From Octopus sinensis (lineage: Eukaryota), in NCBI RefSeq assembly GCF_006345805.1, contig NW_021824104.1, forward strand, positions 1 to 19,865: a stretch of 19,865 nucleotides of DNA, given 5' to 3'. Shown piece by piece: positions 10,601 to 18,413 of the stretch (position 1 is the stretch's first letter; every line of letters begins with the position of its first letter). The notes under the pieces are model-generated. The model had not been told where the DNA came from. It did not search any database and worked only from the letters and a program-made list of their open reading frames with translations. The translations under genes were made by a program, and so were the position numbers.

Positions 10601-13479
10601 AATAGAGAGAGATGAATTATAATTTCAACAATTGGGGTAAAATTAATTAATTAATCAATTTCACCAAGTGTTCAGTATGCAAAGGGACCATTTAAGGCGA
10701 ATTCAAATTATTACATTATATAAAAGGGCTTAGTAAAATAAAATACTTTGCCGCATACTGAACTCATTAGAAATAGCAGCTAAAAAAACATTTATAAAAC
10801 TATTTCTAATACTTAAAGAAAACCTCTCTCATATAGTGTTTGCTCAATTAACTCACGGAAGTATGGGGGGTAGAGACATTAAAAAATCATATGCAAAGGT
10901 TATTTGAGAACGTACGTTTCAAGATTAGTCAAAATCGACATTTCTATCATCAGTCAGAACTCCCTGGTTGGATTTAAAAACACTGAAAGTAGGAGCATAC
11001 CCCTTCGGCTCCTATCGCTTCTGAAGATCCGCTCGTAACTAACAGTGCAAACAACTCAAAAATGCAAGCGAAGAATTTCTGCTCTCCCCTTTCCACCAGC
11101 GTGGGTTAAAATCAGCAAACACTATGCTTTTTCGGTAAAATCCGAGGCATTAAATAGAGAGAGATGAATTATAATTTCAACAATTGAGGGTAAAATTAAT
11201 TAATTATCAATTTCACCAAGTGTTCAGTATGCAAAGGGACCATTTAAGGCGAATTCAAATTATACATTATATAAAAGGGCTTAGTAAATATAAATTACTT
11301 TGCCGCATACTGAACTCATTAGAAATAGCAGCTAAAAAAACATTTATAAAACTATTTCTAATACTTAAAGAAAACCTCTCTCATATAGTGTTGCTCAATT
11401 CAACTCACGGAAGTATGGGGGGTAGAGACATTAAAAAATCATATGCACAAGGTTATTTGAGAACGTACGTTTCAAGATTAGTCAAAATCGACATTTCTAT
11501 CATCAGCTCAGAACTCCCTGGTTGGATTTGAAAACACTGAAAGTAGGAGCATACCCCTTCGGCCTCCTATCGCTTCTGAAGATCCGATCGTAACTAACAG
11601 TGCCAACAAACTCAAAAATGCAAGCGAAGAATTTCTGCTCTCCCCTTTCCACCAGCGTGGGTTAAAATCAGCAAACACTATGCTTTTTCGGTAAAATCCG
11701 AGGCATTTAAATAGAGAGAGATGAATTATAATTTCAACAATTGAGGTAAAAATAATTAATTAATCAATTTCACCAAGTGTTCAGTATGCAAAGGGACCAT
11801 TTAAGGCGAATTCAAATTATTACATTATATAAAAGGGCTTAGTAAAATAAATTACTTTGCCGCATACTGAACTCATTAGAAATAGCAGCTAAAAAAACAT
11901 TTATAAAACTATTTCTAATACTAAAGAAAACTCTCTCATATAGTGTTGCTCAATTCAACTCACGGAAGTATGGGGGGTAGAGACATTAAAAAATCATATG
12001 CAAAGGTTATTTGAGAACGTACGTTTCAAGATTAGTCAAAATCGACATTTCTATCATCAGCTCAGAACTCCCTGGTTTGGATTTGAAAACACTGAAAGTA
12101 GGAGCATACCCCTTCGGCCTCCTATCGCTTCTGAAGATCCGCTCGTAACTAACAGTGCCAACAAACTCAAAAATGCAAGCGAAGAATTTCTGCTCTCCCC
12201 TTTCCACCAGCGTGGGTTAAAATCAGCAAACACTATGCTTTTTTCGGTAAAATCCGAGGCATTTAAATAGAGAGAGATGAATTATAATTTCAACAATTGA
12301 GGGTAAAATTAATTAATTAATCAATTTCACCAAGTGTTCAGTATGCAAAGGGACCATTTAAGGCGAATTCAAATTATTACATTATATAAAAGGGCTTAGT
12401 AAAATAAATTACTTTGCCGCATACTGAACTCATTAGAAATAGCAGCTAAAAAAAGATTTATAAAACTATTTCTAATACGTAAAGAAAACCTCTCTCATAT
12501 AGTGTTTGCTCAATTCAACTCACGGAAGTATGGGGGGTAGAGACATTAAAAAATCATATGCAAAGGTTATTGAGAACGTACGTTTCAAGATAGTCAAAAT
12601 CGACATTCATCATCAGCTCAGAACTCCCTGGTTGGAATTGAAAACACTGAAAGTAGGAGCATAACCCCTTCGGCCTCCTATCGCTTCTGAAGATCGCTCG
12701 TAACTAACAGTGCCAACAAACTCAAAAATGCAAGCGAAGAATTTCCGCTCTCCCCTTCCACCAGCGTGGGTTAAAATGAGCAAACACTATGCTTTTTTCG
12801 GTAAAATCCGAGGCATTTAAATAGAGAGAGATGAATTATAATTTCAACAATTGAGGGTAAAATTAATTAATAATCAATTTCACCAAGTGTTCAGTATGCA
12901 AAGGGACCATTTAAGGCGAATTCAAATTATTACATTATATAAAAGGGCTTAGTAAAATAAATTACTTTGCCGCATACTGAACTCATTAGAAATAGCAGCT
13001 AAAAAAACATTTATAAAACTATTTCTAATACTTAAAGAAAACCTCTCTCATATAGTGTTTGCTCAATTCAACTCACGGAAGTATGGGGGGTAGAGACTTT
13101 AAAAAATCATATGCAAAGGTTATTTGAGAACGTACGTTTCAAGATTAGTCAAAATCGACATTTCTATCATCAGTTCAGAACTCCCTGGTTTGGATTTGAA
13201 AACACTGAAAGTAGGAGCATACCCCTTCGGCCTCCTATCGCTTCTGAAGATCCGCTCGTAACTAACAGTGCCAACAAACTCAAAAATGCAAGCGAAGAAT
13301 TTCTGCTCTCCCCTTTCCACCAGCGTGGGTTAAAATCAGCAAACACTATGCTTTTTTCGGTAAAATCCGAGGCATTTAAATAGAGAGAGATGAATTATAA
13401 TTTCAACAATTGAGGGTAAAATTAATTAATTAATCAATTTCACCAAGTGTTCAGTATGCAAAGGGACCATTTAAGGTCT

Positions 13480-13701
13480 CACTATATGAGAGAGGTTTTC
13501 TTTAAGTATTATAAATAGTTTTATAAATGTTTTTTTAGCTGCTATTTCTAATGAGTTCAGTATGCGGCAAAGTAATTTATTTTACTAAGCCCTTTTATAT
13601 AATGTAATAATTTGAATTCGCCTGAAATGGTCCCTTTGCATACTGAACACTTGGTGAAATTGATTAATTAATTAATTTTACCCTCAATTGTTGAAATTAT
13701 A
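13480..13701 (-). repeat. Inverted terminal copy of unit positions 2-223
   Basis: CACTATATGAGAGAGG...CAATTGTTGAAATTATA is the reverse complement of unit positions 223 to 2 (222 bp), with only 2 substitutions relative to the GACC/AATTA-type units. It is separated from the last forward base (13476) by TCT. Confidence 0.97.
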
Positions 13702-13706
13702 TATTA

Positions 13707-13753
<47 letters not shown>

Positions 13754-13798
13754 TATATTATATATATACATATATATATACACACACACACACACACA
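13702..13798. repeat. (TA)n followed by (CA)n microsatellite; candidate insertion target of the array
   Basis: Directly visible. It abuts the end of the inverted copy (...GAAATTATA|TATTAATATAATATATA...). Confidence 0.95.
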
Positions 13799-14052
13799 AA
13801 CATATAAGTGAGTTGTGTATGTGCGTGTATTCATTCAAACATTTACTAAAATATGTAGCTGCACCAAGTGGGAAATTCCGTTTGTACAATTGTTCCGAGT
13901 ATAAATTATTTGATAAACAAACCACTTGACAAACAGTAGAAAAGTAGACATTTAATATAAATTTTAATACAGAATAAGCAGGATAAGAAGAAAAAGGCGT
14001 AGCTAAGAGTCGCTCAGGAGATCACAGTATGTGAGACGAAAGAATTTATGCT

Positions 14053-14074
14053 AATAGTAATAATAATAATAATG

Positions 14075-14112
<38 letters not shown>

Positions 14113-14131
14113 CATAATAACAATAATAATA
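14053..14131. repeat. (AAT)n microsatellite; likely 3' tail of the adjacent minus-strand SINE
   Basis: Imperfect AAT run. It produces the spurious poly-Ile ORF 14048-14230. Confidence 0.95.
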
Positions 14132-14132
14132 G

Positions 14133-14342
14133 TCGTTCCTACTATAAGCACAAAGCCTGACATATTCTTGGATGGGGGGGAGTTAGTCGATTACATAGCC
14201 CCTAGTACTCAACTTGTATTTAATTTATAGACCTCGAAATGTTGAAATGTGAAGTTGACCTCGGGGGATTTGAACTCAGAAACTAATGATGGATGAAATA
14301 CTACCAAGCATTTTGCCCGGCGTGCTAACGATTCTGCCAGCT
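14133..14342 (-). mobile_element. tRNA-derived SINE, family 1, near full length
   Basis: Minus strand starts AGCTGGCAGAATCGTTAGCACGCCGGGC (A-box-like), has a GAGTTCAAATCC B-box, then a central CGAGGTCAAC...TTTCGAGGTCTATAAATTAAATAC domain and a (TTA)n tail. Homologous to copies at 14386, 14532 and 14916. Confidence 0.85.
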
Positions 14343-14350
14343 AAACCTCA

Positions 14351-14383
<33 letters not shown>
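14351..14383. repeat. (AAT)n microsatellite; tail of the next SINE
   Basis: Perfect AAT run immediately left of the SINE copy at 14386. Confidence 0.95.
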
Positions 14384-14385
14384 TA

Positions 14386-14531
14386 TCCTGTCTACTGGAA
14401 GCACAAGGACAAGTCCATTACATCGATCCCAGTGTGTAACTGGTACTTAATTTATCGTCTCCGAAAGGATGATGGGCAAAGTCGATCTAAGCGGAATTTG
14501 AACTCAGAATGTAGTGAGAGACGAAATACTT
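14386..14531 (-). mobile_element. SINE family 1, 5'-truncated copy
   Basis: CCCAGTGTGTAACTGGTACTTAATTTATCG...AAAGGATGATGGGCAAAGTCGA...GGAATTTGAACTCAGAA matches the neighbouring copies. The head is missing beyond GACGAAATAC. Confidence 0.85.
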
Positions 14532-14752
14532 ATCTCTTTACTACCACAAGGGGCTAAACACAGAGAGACAAACAAGGACAGACACGCTGATTAAGTCGAT
14601 TATATCGCCTCCAGTGCGTAACTGGTACTTATTTAATCGACTACAAAGGATGAAAGGCAATATCGACCTCGGTGGAATTTGCACTCGGTGGAATTTGAAC
14701 TCAGAACGTAACCGCAGACGAAATACTTCTAAACGTTTCGCCCGGCGTACCA
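14532..14752 (-). mobile_element. SINE family 1, variant with a different 3' region and an internal 16-bp duplication
   Basis: Same core (CCAGTGCGTAACTGGTACTTATTTAATCGAC...AAAGGATGAAAGGCAA...GGAATTTGAACTCAGAACGTA...GCCCGGCGT), but the 3' part is TACCACAAGGGGCTAAACACAGAG. CTCGGTGGAATTTG(C/A)A is duplicated at 14668-14699. Confidence 0.85.
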
Positions 14753-14779
14753 ACAACAACAACAACAACAACAACAACA
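14751..14779. repeat. (CAA)n microsatellite
   Basis: Directly visible. It gives the poly-Leu stretch in spurious ORF 14541-14876. Confidence 0.95.
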
Positions 14780-14915
14780 CAATAAAGTGAATATCAAATA
14801 TATATTGCGCGTGTTTCATTGGCAACAGACGACCATCTCCAAATAGAAGAATTTCTGTTTTAACACCCAATTTCAAAAATGCATGAACGTAATAATATTA
14901 AATATTAAGTAGAAT

Positions 14916-15048
14916 ATTCCGCCGAGGTTGTCTTTGCCTTTTATCCTTTCGGGGTCGATGAAATGAATATCAGTTATATACTGGGGTCGATGTAATCAAC
15001 TTACTCCTCCCCTGAATTGCTGGTGTTGTGCCAAAATTTGGAATCAAT
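14916..15048 (+). mobile_element. SINE family 1, 5'-truncated plus-strand copy
   Basis: ATTCCGCCGAGGTTGTCTTTGCCTTTTATCCTTTCGGGGTCGATGAAATGAATATCAG...CTGGGGTCGATGTAATCAACT is the reverse complement of the core of the preceding copies. Confidence 0.85.
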
Positions 15049-15196
15049 GTGTAGGAGAAATAAAACAAAACACAGCATCACTCACTAATGGACACCATGT
15101 TAATGGTTTTAACAAATTATAAAGTGAACGGCTTGGAGAGTGTTTCATCTTTATGCGTGTTTCCTTGGATTGAATCTGTGTAGGGGGGCATGTTTA

Positions 15197-15353
15197 GGCG
15201 CGGCTGTGTGGTAAGACGCTTGCTTCCAAATTTGGATTCGGGTTCAGTTCCACTGCGTGGCACGCTACATAAATGTCTTCTACTGTAGCCATTGGACTCT
15301 CAAAATCTTCAGGAGTGGATTTGGTAGATGGAAACGGAAAGAAGCCTATCGTG
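15197..15353 (+). mobile_element. tRNA-derived SINE family 2, 5' half (host element interrupted at ~15354)
   Basis: GGCGCGGCTGTGTGGTAAG (A-box-like), GGTTCAGTTCC (B-box-like), TGTCTTCTACT, GAGTGGATTTGGTAGATGGAAACGGAAAGAAGCC. Homologous to the copy at 19596. Confidence 0.85.
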
Positions 15354-15356
15354 ACT

Positions 15357-15720
15357 ATTCTTTTACTTGTTTCAGTCATTTGACTGCGGCCATGTTGGAG
15401 CTCCGCCTTTAGTCGAACAAATCGACCCTAGCACTTAACCTTTGTAATCCTAGTACTTATTCTATCAGTTTCTTTTCCAGAACCGCTATGTTACAGGGAC
15501 GTAAGCACACCAACATCGGTTGTCAAATGATGGTGGAGGGACAAATATAGACACACAAATACACACACACACATACGACGGGCTTATTTGAGTTTCCATC
15601 TATGAAATCCACTCACAAGACTATGGTCGGCCCTTGGCTATAGTAGAAGACACTCAGCCAAAATGTCTCGCAACGGGACTGAACCCGGAACAATGTGTTT
15701 CATACTCTACGGCCACTTCT
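15357..15720 (-). mobile_element. SINE family 2, near full-length antisense copy nested in the plus-strand copy
   Basis: Reverse complement of the head (GGGACTGAACC, TAGTAGAAGACA, AAATCCACTC), an internal (CA)n at 15551-15572, and the 3' half (CACACCAACATCGGTTGTCAA; TTTTACTTGTTTCAGTCATTTGACTGCGGCCATG). Confidence 0.85.
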
Positions 15721-15923
15721 ATGTCTATATATGTCTGTCTGTATGTATCAGTGGTTGTGTCTTTGTGTCAGTGTTTGTCCCACCGCTTGATGACCTGTGT
15801 TGGTGTGTTTACGTTCCGGTAACTTAGCGGTTCACCAATATACTCCAATAAACTAAGTACAAGGCTTAAAAAATTAAGTACAGAGGTCAATTAGTTCGAC
15901 TCAAAACTTCTCAAACCAGTGCC
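15721..15923 (+). mobile_element. SINE family 2, 3' half (likely continuation of 15197-15353)
   Basis: TG-rich linker, then CACCGCTTGATGACCTGTGTTGGTGTGTTTACGTTCCGGTAACTTAGCGGTTC...TAAGTACAAGGCTT...GGTCAATTAGTTCGACT. Homologous to 16335-16522. Confidence 0.75.
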
Positions 15924-16297
15924 ATCTCTATATATACACATAATCCTTTCCGAGCCATGTTCGTTAAAGGAATTGTTCGTTACACGAGAAATTGAAATAC
16001 ATACAAATAGAAGAAATCCGTTCATGCCACTCCCCAAAGCCACATAAAAGTATATATTATACCTTAGCGTTGATACAATAGAAAATCATGTAAAAGGTCG
16101 TATGTAGTGTGACTGCTCAGTTTGGTTTACCACTAAAACACCGGCTTGAACAGAAAAATGTGGTGCAGAAATTGGGTATCATGGGTTTAAGGTGTGGTTG
16201 ATCATTGAGCGGAGGGACATAAATTATAACAGATTAGGAGCAAGAAAAACATTTAGCCTTTTTCAAGAACATTCATTTTATAATTTATAATATAAGT

Positions 16298-16300
<3 letters not shown>

Positions 16301-16335
<35 letters not shown>

Positions 16336-16522
16336 TTTTTGTGTCTGTGTCTGTCCACCACCATCGCTTTACAACCGATGTTGGTGAGTTTACGTCCATG
16401 TAAATTAGTGGTTCAGCAAAGGAGACTCATAGAATAAGTACAAGTCTTATAAATAATAAGTTCGGTGAAAAAGGCATTGCTCCAGCATGGCTGCAGTGAA
16501 ATGGCTGAAACAAATAAAAGAA
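16301..16522 (+). mobile_element. (GT)n plus 3' half of SINE family 2 (headless)
   Basis: (GT)n at 16301-16333, then CACCATCGCTTTACAACCGATGTTGGTGAGTTTACGTCC...GCTCCAGCATGGCTGCAGTGAAATGGCTGAAACAAATAAAAGAA, the reverse complement of 15357-15540. Confidence 0.85.
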
Positions 16523-16859
16523 CTGTGCAGAGTGGTTACAAATATGCACAGAAAAAAGAAAATGCAGAAATGCATAATATCCTTAATCGAGGATATTATT
16601 CGTTCCCAGTCTTTTGGGAAACCATGGAGTTCTCAGATAAATGTGTCTGGTATTTTCGTGATCGAAGAGTTAGTAAAGTTTCCAGGAAAGTCCCTGGCAA
16701 AGGATAATGGAAATTAACAGTTGCATCTTTGAATAGAAAGTGAATCAGATTTGGAAGGCCTTGGAAGAGTCTATTATTGGGCGAATGAGAAATATATGAG
16801 AGTATATAGAGATTAGTCTATATAGTGAAGGGGTGTTTGACTTGGGGGTTAAAAGGATG

Positions 16860-17182
16860 CATGTATACACACACATACATACAGAGAGAGACATACACAT
16901 ACACACACGCACTAACATATGCAAACACACACAGACACACACACAGACACATATGCAGTGGCATATTCCTATTGATATACACACAGTCAGATACACACAC
17001 TTACGCGGCCATACATACACATCCATACGTATGAGTTTAGAAATGGACAGATAAATGTCTGTTTGTACGCACAGACACACCCACATACAAATTCTCGCAT
17101 AGTCATCGTAGATAATTATAGAGAGTTAAATTTAATTAAGTTATTAGAGGAGAGAGAGAGAAAGAGAGAGAGGAGAGTAGAG
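16860..17182. repeat. Degenerate (CA)n-rich low-complexity tract followed by (GA)n
   Basis: CA/TA-rich at 16860-17090 and GA-rich at 17146-17182. Explains the overlapping His/Thr- and Cys/Val-rich ORFs. Confidence 0.85.
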
Positions 17183-17234
17183 ATTGTTTAGTAATTAAGG
17201 ACGAGTAAAAGCAGATGTATAAACACCTGTCGCC

Positions 17235-17610
17235 TCATTGTATATTTGACTACCAATGTGGGCCAGAGTGATTAAATCGCCAAACTGGAAATACCCAGGA
17301 CCGGATAGCGTACAAGGATATTGGCTGAAAATTTCCCCAGCAGTACACAGAAGAATAGCCAAGCAAATATATAAAATGATCAACAACGGGGTACAAATCC
17401 CAAAGTGGCTGACCAAAAGTCAAACAATTCTTTGCCAAAATAATCCCAACAAAGCAATGCAGTGGATAATCACCGGCCTATCACCTGTCTGCCCCTCATG
17501 TGGAAGCTGATGACAGGAATAATATCTAATTAGGTGTATGATTTCCTGGAAATAAATTACAAAGCACCAGTGGAACAGAAAGGTACAGAAAGAATAGCCA
17601 AGGGACACTT
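17235..17610 (+). pseudogene. Degenerate non-LTR retrotransposon (R4/Dong-like) reverse transcriptase, N-terminal RT motifs
   Basis: Translates across one frameshift as SPNWKYPGPDSVQGYWLK...IPKWLTKSQTILCQNNPNK / [42 protein letters not shown]. This matches the PGPD..GYWLK, RPITCLP..WKL and EQKG motifs of R4-clade RTs. Contains a stop and a frameshift. Confidence 0.85.
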
Positions 17611-17624
17611 ACAGACTAATATGT

Positions 17625-17750
17625 TTTCAGAACGGAAAATGAAAAGGGAGACAGTGTTTGTAAGCAACCGCACACGATCAGGCATTCATAACTAACTACA
17701 TAAAATCCAAAATAGACAAAACCCAGGCAATTCCCAATGTAGAGACTTTT
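17625..17750 (+). pseudogene. R4/Dong-like LINE fragment, region leading into the C-terminal zinc knuckle
   Basis: Translates as KRETVFV / ATAHDQAFITNYIKSKIDKTQ / QCR, similar to the KRETE..I.AAQ.QA..TN.IK.KID......CR motif downstream of the RT in this clade. Confidence 0.7.
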
Positions 17751-17809
17751 AACATGAATTCACACAGAAAAGGGAGTCAGCAGTGAAGGCCAGATAGCAA
17801 GAAAGTAAT

Positions 17810-18413
17810 ATCACTGAAGGCAGAGAATCATAAGTGCTTCGGAGTATTAGAATCTGAGAGTGTACTAACAATGGAAATGAAAACAAAAATAGCTAAGGAG
17901 TACATCGGAAAGTTGAAGAAGCTAATGAAGGGAAAGCGAAGGGTTCTAAATCTAGTAAAGGTTGTAAAAACTTTGGGAAGTGTCGTTACTTCGGTATTCA
18001 GCAGAATTTGTTGATTGGAAAACATCTGAATTAGCAAATCTAGACAGAAGAACTAGGAAGGAATTCAATATGAATAGAGGACTTCAGCCTCGATTAGGAA
18101 GAGCAAGATTGCACTTACTTAGAATAACGAAGTTGGAAGCGGTTTAATATCAGCAGAAAGTAGGGTAGAGTTAGCTAGAATTGATATATATAATAATGAA
18201 TAAAATTTATGATTTGCCTGAGTTATAGTAGGAGATAGGAAAGGAAAAAGCCAAATGAAATTAAAACAATAAAAAAAGTAGGAAGATAATCTAACTGACA
18301 AGAGAATGTATGGCAATGTCGATTGGCAAAGATAGTTGCAGGAAATAGTAATATTGAGACATGGTTATGGTTGCTGAAAGGAAGCTGAAAAGGGAGACAG
18401 AGTTTCTAAGCAA
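17810..18413 (+). pseudogene. R4/Dong-like LINE fragment, RT C-terminal end and thumb region
   Basis: Frameshifted translation HKCFGVLESE...EMKTKIAKEYIGKLKKLMKGK..NLVKVVKT / VSLLRYSAEFVDW / ELANLDRRTRK..NMNRGLQP....ARLHL.R / GSGLISAE / DKRMYG / ETWLWLLKG / KRETEFL, following the YKYLG..., RYS..DW, RLY.PR..GG.GL and W.WL..G.LK.ETE motif order. Confidence 0.8.

Larger units (their letters stand above)
1..13476. repeat. Tandem array of a ~560-bp unit (24 full copies + 82-bp partial); hammerhead-bearing satellite, probably retrozyme/Penelope-like-element derived
   Basis: The unit start TTATAATTTCAACAATTGAGGG recurs at 1, 559, 1119, 1677, 2236, 2795, 3355, 3911, 4472, ~5032, 5588, 6145, 6703, 7261, 7821, 8381, 8941, 9499, 10060, 10617, 11169, 11726, 12282, 12836 and 13395. 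The cleanest units (7261, 7821, 8381) are exactly 560 bp. Copies differ only by a few SNPs and homopolymer indels. The array may continue left of the window. The repeat is certain; its origin is inferred. Confidence 0.98.

Noticed and set aside
9841-12840. Many single-base indels between units read as biological divergence
   Set aside because: Most are private to one unit and fall in homopolymers, typical of long-read consensus error. Only recurrent linked SNPs were used for typing.
225-13383. Recurrent 90-aa (+; MQRLFENVRF...) and 66-aa (-; MERGEQKFF...) ORFs in the array
   Set aside because: They recur only because the unit repeats. They have no recognisable domain (no RT or GIY-YIG motif) and are broken by stops or indels in many units. 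A micropeptide cannot be formally excluded.
1-13476. CRISPR array or rDNA/5S/tRNA/snRNA/histone gene cluster
   Set aside because: There are no unique spacers, and I recognise no rRNA, tRNA, snRNA or histone sequence in the unit.
14240-14342. tRNA gene (A/B boxes; similar boxes at 15197 and 19596)
   Set aside because: No complete cloverleaf. The boxes are SINE heads followed by SINE bodies.
14048-17086. ORFs rich in Ile, Leu, His/Thr or Cys/Val, and ORFs overlapping SINEs
   Set aside because: They are translations of microsatellites and SINE sequence.
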